36,594 nt of DNA from an uncultured Mycoplasmatota bacterium (GTDB lineage Bacteria > Bacillota_I > Bacilli_A > RF39 > UBA660), in the NCBI GenBank assembly GCA_946530475.1, contig CAMNAC010000003.1, positions 1 through 36,594 of the forward strand, read 5' to 3'. Within the stretch, counting starts at the first letter, position 1. Every line of letters begins with the position of its first letter. Position numbers and translations under genes: made by a program. The notes beneath the pieces are model-generated. The model did no database searches. It had not been told where the DNA came from and worked only from the letters and a program-made list of their open reading frames with translations. Below are positions 17,164 through 26,688 of this stretch, piece after piece.

Positions 17164-20050
17164 AAAGGTTGGAAATTGGATAAAAGAAAATCCTATTTCG
17201 ATTATCGTTTTAATATTCAGTGTTATTATTTTTATATGTACTAGAAAAATGGTAACAAAAAGAAAACTACGAATTTTAATTGAAGGAGCAATTATTGTAC
17301 TAGATGTCATTTATTTCTTACCTGAGCTCGTCAGGTTAATTACTCACAAAAAGAAAAAGAAGCGTACAAAAAAGCAAAAAAGGACATTAAGAAAAAGAAT
17401 ATTAATTGTGATATTCTCAATTATTGCGATGATGTTACTTGCAGCAATGGTATTCATGTTCATGATTGTAAAAAATGCTCCTGATTTTGATCCGGATCGT
17501 TTGTATAAAAAAGAATCTAGTATCCTATATGATAAAAATGGAAATATTTATGCAAAAATAGGTTCTGAAAAACGTGAAAACATCACTTATGATCAAATGC
17601 CTGAAGTATTAATTGATGCAATTGTCGCAACAGAAGACTCCAGATTCTTCCAACACAATGGATTTGACCTACCACGTTTTATGGTAGCATCTGCAAAACA
17701 ATTATTAGGTGATTCAAGTGCTGGTGGAGCTTCTACCTTAACAATGCAACTTAATAAAAACAATTACACTTCTACTACTGCAAGTGGTTGGGAAGGAATT
17801 ATCCGTAAATTTACCGATATTTATATGGCTATCTTTAAGATAGAAAAACAATATACCAAAAAAGAAATTATAGAGTTTTATGCAAATTCCAATTATTTAG
17901 GAGCAGGTGCTCATGGTGTGGAACAAGCGTCCCTCACCTATTTTGGAAAAAGTGCAAAAGATTTAAACTTATCAGAAGCAGCGATGATTGCAGGGTTATT
18001 TAACGCACCTTCTTCCCTAGATCCAACTATGTATCCAGAACGAGCTGAAGAAAGACGTTTAGTTGTATTAAGCTTAATGGAAAGACATGGATACATTACA
18101 AAAGAAGAAAGAGAAATTGCAAAAAAGATTACCGTTCAAAAAATGTTAGTACAGAATACAGAAACCGCTAATGAACATCAATCATTTATTAATACCGTTA
18201 CAAAAGAAGTATTAGAAAATACAGGAAATAACCCATATGATGTTCCAATGGAAATTTATACAACTATGGATCCAGAAAAACAACAATATATCGATGATAT
18301 CTTTGCTGGAAAAACAGATTATGAATGGGAAAATGATAAAGTTCAAGCCGGAGTTGCAGTAGTAAGTGTAGAAGATGGTTCTATCGTAGCAATCTCTGGA
18401 GGAAGAAACAGAAATAGTGCATTCGGTTATAGCTTCGCTACCGATATTGATCGTCACATTGGATCAACCGCAAAACCACTTTATGACTATGGACCTGGTA
18501 TTGAATATCAAAATTGGTCTACTTATACTCCATTTACAGATGAACCATGGCAATATAAAAATGGAACCTCCATTGATAACTGGAATCGTACTTATGAAGG
18601 ATTTAGAACCTTAAGAGAAGCACTTCGTGTTTCCCGTAATATCCCAGCATTAAAGGCATTCCAAAAAAATGAAAACTCAAATATTGTTAAATTTGTTACA
18701 GCACTTGGCTTACATCCTGAAATAGCAGAAGATGGAAGCATCCATGAATCTCACGCATTAGGTGGATATAATGGAGAAAATCCACTTTCTATGGCAAGTG
18801 CCTATGCTGCTTTTGGAAATGGTGGATACTACAATCAACCACATGCTGTTACCAAAATCGTTTATCGTCAAAGTGATGAAACTTGGGAATATAAAGTAAA
18901 GAAAACAAGAGTTATGAGTGAAGAAACTGCTTATATGGTCGCAAACTTATTAGTATCGAGTGGACAATATGGACTTGGTGCATATAATTATATCAATGGT
19001 GCTGAGTTTGGAGCCAAATCAGGAACTTCTAATTATGATTCAGAAACAATTGAATTACACAATTATCCAAATAATGCGGTAAATGACTTATGGGTAAGTG
19101 GAACTAATGCCAAATATGCAATTGCCTTATGGTATGGATATGAAGAAGCAGAAGATGGATATACCAATACCCTAAATACTCAAAACCATAGACAACTATA
19201 TCAAAAAATCGCAAAAAATTTCTATGAAAATGGAGTGACATTCAAACGTCCAAGTAATGTCATTTCAGTAGAAGTTGAATTGGAATCTTATCCAGCAAAA
19301 CTTCCTTCTGAATATACTCCTTCTGATAAACGTGTTACCGAATTATTTAAAAAAGGAACTGAACCAACTGAAGTTTCAAAACGTTTCAGTGCTCCAGAAG
19401 CCCCTACTTCTTTAAATGCAAGTGCTAATAAAGGAGTTATAACATTAACATGGGAAGCAAGTCCAACACCTTGGGGACTAGATCAACAAAATGCAAATGC
19501 CTTAGGTGCAGAATTGTTTGGAAATGAAACGCAAAGAAATTATTTCGTTAATTCTTATTTAAATTATAACCAAAATGTATTAGGTAGCCTACTTTATAAA
19601 ATATATTATAAAAACTCAGATGGCTCCCTTTCCTTAATTGCTACATCACAAGAAAATAAAACAAGCTTTAAGATTCAATCAACAGATGCTTCACAAACTT
19701 ATGTTGTAAAAGCAGGTTATACAAATTCTGGAATCGAAAGTGATGGAGCTGAAGTAACTTACAAATTAGATGATTCTGATTTCATTATTACAAGTGAGTT
19801 AAATGGAAAAGAAACGATGTCTTTAAAAGATGGAGAAACATTTAAAGATCCATCTGTTAGTGTTACAGAAAATGGAATTGATGTTACTTCGAAAGCAACT
19901 ATTACAACGAAAATCACACAAGCTTCAAAAGAAGTAGAAACAATTGATACTTCAAAAGAAGGAACCTATACAATTACATATTCTGTAAAATATAAAGATT
20001 ATACAGATACCCATACAAGAACCGTTGTAATTGAAAAAGGAGAAAATTAA
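17147..20050 (+). CDS. ponA: Class A penicillin-binding protein 1A with C-terminal FN3 and Ig-like (DUF5011-type) domains
   Basis: Glycosyltransferase motifs TEDSRFFQHNG and GASTLTMQ; transpeptidase motifs STAK, SRN, KSG; GGAGG RBS before ATG 17147. Confidence 0.93.
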   Translation: MKKTVRKVGNWIKENPISIIVLIFSVIIFICTRKMVTKRKLRILIEGAIIVLDVIYFLPELVRLITHKKKKKRTKKQKRTLRKRILIVIFSIIAMMLLAAMVFMFMIVKNAPDFDPDRLYKKESSILYDKNGNIYAKIGSEKRENITYDQMPEVLIDAIVATEDSRFFQHNGFDLPRFMVASAKQLLGDSSAGGASTLTMQLNKNNYTSTTASGWEGIIRKFTDIYMAIFKIEKQYTKKEIIEFYANSNYLGAGAHGVEQASLTYFGKSAKDLNLSEAAMIAGLFNAPSSLDPTMYPERAEERRLVVLSLMERHGYITKEEREIAKKITVQKMLVQNTETANEHQSFINTVTKEVLENTGNNPYDVPMEIYTTMDPEKQQYIDDIFAGKTDYEWENDKVQAGVAVVSVEDGSIVAISGGRNRNSAFGYSFATDIDRHIGSTAKPLYDYGPGIEYQNWSTYTPFTDEPWQYKNGTSIDNWNRTYEGFRTLREALRVSRNIPALKAFQKNENSNIVKFVTALGLHPEIAEDGSIHESHALGGYNGENPLSMASAYAAFGNGGYYNQPHAVTKIVYRQSDETWEYKVKKTRVMSEETAYMVANLLVSSGQYGLGAYNYINGAEFGAKSGTSNYDSETIELHNYPNNAVNDLWVSGTNAKYAIALWYGYEEAEDGYTNTLNTQNHRQLYQKIAKNFYENGVTFKRPSNVISVEVELESYPAKLPSEYTPSDKRVTELFKKGTEPTEVSKRFSAPEAPTSLNASANKGVITLTWEASPTPWGLDQQNANALGAELFGNETQRNYFVNSYLNYNQNVLGSLLYKIYYKNSDGSLSLIATSQENKTSFKIQSTDASQTYVVKAGYTNSGIESDGAEVTYKLDDSDFIITSELNGKETMSLKDGETFKDPSVSVTENGIDVTSKATITTKITQASKEVETIDTSKEGTYTITYSVKYKDYTDTHTRTVVIEKGEN

Positions 20051-20076
20051 AAGAAAAGCAAAAGCTTTTCTTTTAA
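20047..20076. terminator. Bidirectional terminator
   Basis: TTAAAAGAAAAGC/GCTTTTCTTTTAA perfect inverted repeat between convergent stops. Confidence 0.8.
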
Positions 20077-20489
20077 TGTACCATTTTTTTTAAAACAAAT
20101 CCAAATATTAATATACCCGATACTGCAAATCCAGCAATCATATAAGTGCGATAGTCTTCTAAAGGTTGTGTTTTTTCTTCCTTTTTTTCTTTGTTATCTT
20201 CTATCTTAATGATGTATTCCCCGTCTTTTGAATACAAATAATTCTCTCTTGCATATCTTGCGATATATTCTGGATCTTGCAATTTCTGGATTTCTAACTT
20301 TAAAGTTTGCTCATCTTCTTTTAAACTAACAAGTTCGTGCTCCAATTCTTTTTTTTGATTTTCAAGTTTTGAAATGGAAAAAGTATAATCGACGATACTA
20401 AACAAAAAATAACCAATCATTAATAAAGAAGCCGTTCCAAATACAATTAATCTTGTCTTTGATTGTTTTGTTATTTTTTTCTTAGCCAT
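20073..20489 (-). CDS. divIC: Septum formation initiator DivIC/FtsB
   Basis: TM helix, coiled coil, LQDPEYIARYARENYLYSKDGE; yabP-yabQ-divIC synteny; probable start 20489. Confidence 0.9.
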   Translation of the reverse strand: MAKKKITKQSKTRLIVFGTASLLMIGYFLFSIVDYTFSISKLENQKKELEHELVSLKEDEQTLKLEIQKLQDPEYIARYARENYLYSKDGEYIIKIEDNKEKKEEKTQPLEDYRTYMIAGFAVSGILIFGFVLKKMVH

Positions 20490-20533
20490 AGCCTCACCAT
20501 CCATTCTAGTATGAATAGTATATCATTTTTCCT

Positions 20534-20809
20534 TTAAAAATGCAATTTCCTATGTAAAGTACTTGACAATATAAATCCACATAGAATTAGGATAAAGGAA
20601 TAAATATGAATGATTCCATGGTTAATTTTTTGAATGCACCAATAATAAAAAAGAGTATGCACAATTAAAAAAAAGAACGTAAAAGGATAACGAACCCATT
20701 TCCGCTTATGGTATAGATACGGAGAAAGCATATGATACGTGACAAAAAAAAGAATTCCAAAAAGAAAAGAAAAAACAGACAACAAAAGTTGAGTTTTTAA
20801 TTCCATCAT
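20534..20809 (-). CDS. yabQ: Spore cortex biosynthesis protein YabQ, short form
   Basis: 3 TM helices, Q...F..G....Y, INHGIIHIY; overlaps the yabP stop (ATGA). Confidence 0.75.
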   Translation of the reverse strand: MMELKTQLLLSVFSFLFGILFFVTYHMLSPYLYHKRKWVRYPFTFFFLIVHTLFYYWCIQKINHGIIHIYSFILILCGFILSSTLHRKLHF

Positions 20810-21093
20810 TTAAACAGTTTTCCAAACATACTTTCTTCTTTTTCTTTTTTCTCTTTATCCATATATTGAAAACTATTAATCTTTCCTTTAATCGATACAG
20901 TCCCTTGAAAAGTATCCAACTTCATAATTTCTAAACCTTCTCCTTTTAAAGTGATGTATCCCATTGTTGTACTCATTAAAAATTCTTCTTCATCAAAACT
21001 ATCTATTTTTTTTACCCCAGTGATCATAATATTCTTTCGATCTGTCACAGTAATATTATGATTCATTGTAGAAATAGTATTATCTTTATCCAT
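20806..21093 (-). CDS. yabP: Sporulation protein YabP
   Basis: HNITVTDRK...ITGVKKIDSFDEEEF...T.MG.I..KGEGL, C-terminal FGKLFK; CATATATT box at 21110-21117. Confidence 0.95.
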   Translation of the reverse strand: MDKDNTISTMNHNITVTDRKNIMITGVKKIDSFDEEEFLMSTTMGYITLKGEGLEIMKLDTFQGTVSIKGKINSFQYMDKEKKEKEESMFGKLFK

Positions 21094-21138
21094 AAATTCC
21101 TCCTACTACAATATATGGGAGGAAACAATAATTAGAAC

Positions 21139-21163
21139 AAAAAAAACTCTATATAGAGTTTTT
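21139..21163 (-). terminator. Terminator after spoVG
   Basis: AAAAACTCT/AGAGTTTTT hairpin followed by a U-tract. Confidence 0.75.
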
Positions 21164-21440
21164 ATTCACTAGCTGCTGAATTTTCTAATTCTTTTTTATA
21201 AGCATCTAGAATTGTTTCATCAAACATAGTACGAGTCTCTTGATTCAATGGATGAACGATATCATGTGATTCACCATTCTTATCTTTACGACTTGGCATT
21301 GCGACAAATGTTTTGTTTTCTCCTTCAATAATTCGTAATCCACGAATAATGAAGCAGTCATCTAAAGTCACAGAAGCAATTCCTTTCATACGTCCACCTT
21401 CATTATCCACTAAATGGACATTAACTGATGTTATCTTCAT
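21162..21440 (-). CDS. spoVG: SpoVG
   Basis: MKIT.V....MKGIASVTLDDCFII...FVAMPSRK...DIVHP; start 21440 after AAGGGAG; TTGCTT-N17-TATAAT at 21479-21507. Confidence 0.95.
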   Translation of the reverse strand: MKITSVNVHLVDNEGGRMKGIASVTLDDCFIIRGLRIIEGENKTFVAMPSRKDKNGESHDIVHPLNQETRTMFDETILDAYKKELENSAASE

Positions 21441-21524
21441 GCCTAACACTCCCTTCAGTATATACAATATACAGTTTTATTATAAACTACTTTTTTTAGA
21501 AAAGCAAGTACTTTATGCTATATG

Positions 21525-21734
21525 CTAATAGATAATATGAATTGTTTTCATTATCACATCAGAATAAGAAAAAGACTTCCTTTCGTCTCCGCTTTCTACT
21601 AAAAATATGTAATCATATAGTTCTTTAATTTTAACATAAAACTCTTCATATTTATTTCTTCCAAGATTATATTTAATAGTTGCCTGTTTTCCTAAATGCT
21701 TCTCCATTTCTTTTTTTACTTCTTCAATTCTCAT
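21525..21734 (-). CDS. veg: Veg family protein
   Basis: HLGK......GRNK......ELY..IFLV.....SFSYSDVI; yabG-veg synteny. Confidence 0.9.
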   Translation of the reverse strand: MRIEEVKKEMEKHLGKQATIKYNLGRNKYEEFYVKIKELYDYIFLVESGDERKSFSYSDVIMKTIHIIY

Positions 21735-21743
21735 AAATTCCTC

Positions 21744-22523
21744 CTATCTTGGATATCCAACATACATTGTGCCTTTTGTTTTGATCCCACCCATTCCACT
21801 ACTTCCATATTTTGTTTCTTGAAGCAAGGATTTTAAATCAATATCTTTTGTTATTTCAAGTAAACTTATACGAGATGCGATAATTGCCGGGTCTAATGCA
21901 TGAATATTAATTCTTTTAGGGCTTGATGCAAAATTAGCACCTGCTTTAATCAATTCCTCATAGTCAGATTGACAAGCGCCTGCTATTATGATTAGTTTCT
22001 CATGGCTTTTTTCATATTTTCTTGCTTCTTTAACTGCTTCAATAAAATATTTGCTATTTTTATATGAAGAAATATTATGAATATCCCCTTTTTTCTTGTA
22101 ATAAGCATCATGTCCAGTAATGACTACGATATTAGGTACAAAAGTTTCTAATAATCTATAGATTTGATTAGGAATTTCTTCTTCCTTTATTTTAGAACCC
22201 ACTGCCCATATTTCATTTTCTTCATAATATTTTAAACATCGATTTAGATAATCTTCATCTCCGTCGATATGTAGTATTTTTCCAGGCAAATAAAAATAAT
22301 CATCTCGGTTACTAGGTAGCTCTTGTTTAATTCGCTCTAAAAACAGTTTTTCTTCTTCATTTGAACCTTCATATCGTTTTAAATCGGTAATTGGAGCATC
22401 TGCACATAACCGAACTGCTTTCCCTTTTAAATATGCAACTCCGTTTTCTATTTTTACAATAGTAAATATTAAATCATTTTGATAAGAGTTACGAGTGACA
22501 ATATCCCCTATTTTAAAATCCAT
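21744..22523 (-). CDS. yabG: Sporulation-specific protease YabG
   Basis: IGDIVTR.SY..D..F, PGKILHIDGD, ITGHDA, AGACQS, GANFASSP.RINIHALDP; start 22523 after GGAGGA; CATATACT box at 22541-22548. Confidence 0.96.
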   Translation of the reverse strand: MDFKIGDIVTRNSYQNDLIFTIVKIENGVAYLKGKAVRLCADAPITDLKRYEGSNEEEKLFLERIKQELPSNRDDYFYLPGKILHIDGDEDYLNRCLKYYEENEIWAVGSKIKEEEIPNQIYRLLETFVPNIVVITGHDAYYKKKGDIHNISSYKNSKYFIEAVKEARKYEKSHEKLIIIAGACQSDYEELIKAGANFASSPKRINIHALDPAIIASRISLLEITKDIDLKSLLQETKYGSSGMGGIKTKGTMYVGYPR

Positions 22524-22554
22524 ACCTATTCCTCCAATGAAGTATATGTGAAAA

Positions 22555-22586
22555 CAAAAAGAAAAAGACTGAATATTCAGTCTTCT
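22555..22586 (-). terminator. Terminator after ftsX
   Basis: AAGACTGAAT/ATTCAGTCTT hairpin followed by a U-rich tail. Confidence 0.75.
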
Positions 22587-22588
22587 TA

Positions 22589-23488
22589 TTATATTTTTAA
22601 GTACTTTCGAACAGCTCTCCATGATCCAAACATACCTACAATAATACCAATTCCAAGTAATATAAGGGCTGTTTGATATACAAATGGACTTGGAACAATC
22701 AATTTGATGAATGGAGAAAATAATTGCCCATTGAATCGATTATATAATGCGGTATACCCATAAATAGTAGCTACCATTGGAATAATCGATCCAAATGCTC
22801 CTAAAAATAAACCTTCAAAGATAAATGGTATTTTAATATTAATATTAGAAGCACCTACAAGTCGCATAATTTCAATTTCTCTTTTTCTTGAAGAAATCGT
22901 GATTTTAATCGTATTTGAAATTAAGAATGCAGTTACAAGGATTAAAGCTACTACTACACCATAAGTAATATTTCTAACAATTTCAAATACCCCTACTAAT
23001 TGTTCTACCATACCTGCCCCATATTTTACAACTTGAACTCCTTCAATTTGTTCAATTTTCTTTGCAGTTTCACCAATGTAATTAATATCTTTTACTTTTA
23101 CTAAAAAAGTATCTTGTAAAGGATTTTCTCCTTCTTCCCATTCTTCCATGATCTTTTTATAAGTATCACTAGCTTCCATAAATTCTTCTGTAATACTCTC
23201 TTTCGAATTAAATACGACACTTTCAATATTATCCAAATCTTTAATTTCTGCTTCAATAATTTTTATTTGTTCATCTGTAGTATCTGTTTTTAAGAATGTA
23301 ACAATCGTTACATCTTTTTCTACTAAAGTGGCAAAATTATTAACATTAATTGATAATACAATTGAAATTGCGACAACAAGAAGTGTAATTGTAATACAGG
23401 AAATAGATGCTAAAGAAAGAGAAAAGTTACGAAAAACACTTTTGAAGGAATCACGAATATCCCTTCCTAAAATTCTAACCTGCTTCAT
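22589..23488 (-). CDS. ftsX: Cell division permease FtsX
   Basis: 4 TM helices, ENPL, FLISNTIKITISSRKREIEIMRLVGA; start uncertain (23488-23509). Confidence 0.95.
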   Translation of the reverse strand: MKQVRILGRDIRDSFKSVFRNFSLSLASISCITITLLVVAISIVLSINVNNFATLVEKDVTIVTFLKTDTTDEQIKIIEAEIKDLDNIESVVFNSKESITEEFMEASDTYKKIMEEWEEGENPLQDTFLVKVKDINYIGETAKKIEQIEGVQVVKYGAGMVEQLVGVFEIVRNITYGVVVALILVTAFLISNTIKITISSRKREIEIMRLVGASNINIKIPFIFEGLFLGAFGSIIPMVATIYGYTALYNRFNGQLFSPFIKLIVPSPFVYQTALILLGIGIIVGMFGSWRAVRKYLKI

Positions 23489-24170
23489 GCACATACGTTC
23501 CTTTCTCATAGTCTTTTAAGACGCGACCTGCATCTAGTAAGATTACTCTCTTCTTCATTTTATTAACAATTGTAGTATCATGTGTAACCATGATAATGGT
23601 TGTTCCAAGCTTATTGATTTCATCTAACACACTCATAATTTCCATACTGGTCACTTCATCTAAGTTTCCAGTTGGTTCATCGCAGATTAACAGTTTTGGA
23701 CCGTTAACAATTGCTCTTGCAATTGCAACACGTTGTTGTTCCCCACCTGATAATTGATGTGGATAATGTTTTGCCTTATTCTTTAACCCAACTAAATCTA
23801 AAACTTTTAAAACTTTTTCATGAATTTCACTTTTTGGGAGTCCAAATACTTCTAAAGCAAACGCTACATTTTCATATACAGTTGATTTAGAAAGTAATTT
23901 AAAGTCTTGGAATACGACCCCTAATTTTCTTCTTAATTTATATACTTTGCTATTTCTTAATTTTGCCACATCAAGACCACCTACAATAATTTGTCCACTT
24001 GTAGGTTTTTCTTCACGATAAAGCATTTTAATAAAAGTAGATTTTCCACAACCAGTAGAACCTATTACAAAAACAAATTCTCCTTTTTCAATTTTTAAAT
24101 TCAAATCATAAATTGCGGTTACACCACTTTTATAAACTTTTTTTACATTTTTTAATCGTATTAAGTTCAT
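23475..24170 (-). CDS. ftsE: Cell division ATP-binding protein FtsE
   Basis: GSTGCGKST, LRRKLGVVFQDFKLL, LSGGEQQRV, DEPTGNLD. Confidence 0.96.
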   Translation of the reverse strand: MNLIRLKNVKKVYKSGVTAIYDLNLKIEKGEFVFVIGSTGCGKSTFIKMLYREEKPTSGQIIVGGLDVAKLRNSKVYKLRRKLGVVFQDFKLLSKSTVYENVAFALEVFGLPKSEIHEKVLKVLDLVGLKNKAKHYPHQLSGGEQQRVAIARAIVNGPKLLICDEPTGNLDEVTSMEIMSVLDEINKLGTTIIMVTHDTTIVNKMKKRVILLDAGRVLKDYEKGTYVHEAG

Positions 24171-24187
24171 ACAACCACCTTTTCTAA

Positions 24188-25096
24188 TTATTCTCCACCA
24201 TAGACTTCATAAGCATCTGTTACAAGGAAAAAGGCTTCACTGTCAATATCATGAATTGCTTCCTTTACAACAAAGTATTCTCTGGTTGGAACAATACACA
24301 TAATTACTTTTTTATGATCTCCTGTATATCCACCACGACCGTCTAAAACAGTCACACCGTGATTTAAATAATCCATTAAAAACTTTTTCACTGCTGTTTC
24401 ATGAGAGGTAACAATATAGAAACATTTTGAACTGGATATTCCTAAAATTACTTTATCAGTCATAAAACTTAACAGGTACAATACTATTATAGCATACATC
24501 ACTTTTTCCCAAGCAAATAATGTACCGTTTCCTAAAAAAAATCCAGCAGATAAAACGATTAATCCATCTGACATTAACATTGCTTTTCCAATTGAAACCT
24601 TTGCATATTTTGCAATAATTTGGTTAATAATATCTGTTCCACCTGTTGTAAAACCAGACTTAAACAAGATTCCTGCGCCAGTTCCAGCAACAACTCCTCC
24701 AAATACAACAATCAAAAGTAAATTATCAATATTAAACTGTAAGAGATCCCCAAAATTTGACGTTAGTTTGACAAGTAATGGGAATAGTAAAGAACCTATA
24801 ATTGAACCTTTGGTACTTTCCCATCCTAAAGCAAAATAACTCACAACTAATAATATTAAAGATAATATAAGAATGATGAAAGAAGGATCTAAACCAAATA
24901 ATTCTTTTGTAATAATGGATATTCCTGCTACCCCACCATAAACAATGTTTTCCGGTAAGAAAAATACGTTAAATGCAATTGCTAAAAGAAAGCAACCTAA
25001 GAAAAGAGAAAAACTTCTCGAAAGAATCGTTTTCGCATTAATTCTATTTACTAATTCCTTTACATCAAAAGCGTCTTTTTTTTCAAAAATATTCAT
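24188..25096 (-). CDS. YitT family membrane protein
   Basis: GGVAGISI, TTGGTDII, HGVT...G.GGYT, ID.EAF. Confidence 0.9.
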   Translation of the reverse strand: MNIFEKKDAFDVKELVNRINAKTILSRSFSLFLGCFLLAIAFNVFFLPENIVYGGVAGISIITKELFGLDPSFIILILSLILLVVSYFALGWESTKGSIIGSLLFPLLVKLTSNFGDLLQFNIDNLLLIVVFGGVVAGTGAGILFKSGFTTGGTDIINQIIAKYAKVSIGKAMLMSDGLIVLSAGFFLGNGTLFAWEKVMYAIIVLYLLSFMTDKVILGISSSKCFYIVTSHETAVKKFLMDYLNHGVTVLDGRGGYTGDHKKVIMCIVPTREYFVVKEAIHDIDSEAFFLVTDAYEVYGGE

Positions 25097-26198
25097 TTAC
25101 TTCCCTCTTTTCAAATTTGCCTCAATGAAGCCTTCTATATTCCCGTCTAATACTTTTTCAACATCCGTTTCTTCATAATTGGTTCTATGGTCTTTTACTA
25201 AGGAATATGGATGCATCACATAACTTCTTATTTGAGAACCAAAATTAATAGAAGATAATTCCCCTTTCATTGATTTTAGCTCTTCTTCCTTTTTTTCTAA
25301 ATCCAATTGATATAATTTATTCTTTAACATCTCTAATGCTTTTTCTTTATTTTGAATTTGACTTCTTTCATTTTGACAAGTCACAACAATCTTAGTTGGA
25401 AGATGTGTAATCCTTACTGCACTCTCTGTTTTATTAACATGTTGTCCTCCTGCTCCTGAAGAACGATAAACGTCTATCTTTAAATCATTTTCATTCAATT
25501 CAATTTGGATTTTATCATTATCAAACAATGGTGTTACATCAACACTAGCAAAAGAAGTATGTCTTCTAGCTCCACTATCAAAAGGCGATATACGAACGAG
25601 TCTATGAACTCCTTTTTCATTTTTTAAGTATCCATATGCATTTAATCCATGAACAAAAAACGTAACACTTTTAATTCCTGCTTCTTCTCCTGCCAGCTCA
25701 TCTACTACTTCCACTTGATATCCAGATTTCTCACAATATCTTAAATACATACGATAAAGCATATTTGCCCAATCACAAGCTTCTGTTCCACCTGCTCCGG
25801 GATGAATCTCAATAATCGCATCATTGGAATCATATTCTCCATTTAAAAGTAAAGCAACCTCTAAAGAGTCTAACTCTTCTTTGATAGAAGAACTTTCTGT
25901 TTCAAGTAACCCTTTTATTTCTTCATCGGGTTCCTCTTTGATTAATTTTAGTGTTTCTACATTTTCAGCAATTTGAATTCTTATTTTCTCTACTCGTTCA
26001 ATCATTCGTTTTAAGTAATTTATTTCATCAATAATTTCTTTACTCTTTCTTTGATTTTGCCAAAAATCATCTTTTTTGGTTAAAGTATCTAATTCCTTTA
26101 ATCTTTTTTCTTTTCCTTCTTTGTCAAAGTGACCTCCATAGGTCATTACCTCTTATTTGAAAAGAAGAATAAAGAGCTTCTAATTCATATAGTTCCAT
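25097..26198 (-). CDS. prfB: Peptide chain release factor 2, with programmed +1 frameshift
   Basis: SPF and GGQ motifs; start 26198 MELYELEALYSSFQIRGNDLWRSL, then CTT-TGA-C (26129-26123) preceded by internal SD GGAGGT, resuming DKEGKEK. Confidence 0.97.
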
Positions 26199-26277
26199 AT
26201 ATCATTCTCCAATTCTCATTATATTATATCAAATATTTTCTATTTAATAAAGTCATCAAAAAAGAACTTTCTTTTTC

Positions 26278-26646
26278 TTAATTACAAGTAGCTGTAGAAT
26301 AAGTCATAGAAAGTTCTTTATTCCTTAATACCTTAATTTGAACAGAATTTGTTAATGGGATTTCTTCTCCACTTGCAGTTTGAAGTGGTGGTTGTAGTAA
26401 GCCATCTTGAACAAGCATATTTAATGTTACACAGTATTCTAATCCTTGTTCTTTAGGGTATGTAGAAGCATGTAAATCCAAATAGTTTTCTACAGAAGCT
26501 AAAATTAGTTTTTCCGTAGTACCATCTAATTCTCCTTCTTTTTTCTTAATTTGAGAAACAATTTGTGGAAATACAATCAATGCGATAATCGCAAGTACTG
26601 TAATCACTCCTAGTAATTCCACTAATGTAAATCCTTTTTCTTTCAT
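26278..26646 (-). CDS. Short type IV pilin-like protein
   Basis: MKEKG|FTLVELLGVITVLAIIALIVFP; two Cys (possible C-terminal disulfide). Confidence 0.9.
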   Translation of the reverse strand: MKEKGFTLVELLGVITVLAIIALIVFPQIVSQIKKKEGELDGTTEKLILASVENYLDLHASTYPKEQGLEYCVTLNMLVQDGLLQPPLQTASGEEIPLTNSVQIKVLRNKELSMTYSTATCN

Positions 26647-26688
26647 ATTCTCACTCCTATTATCATTATAACATAAAAAAGAAGATAT

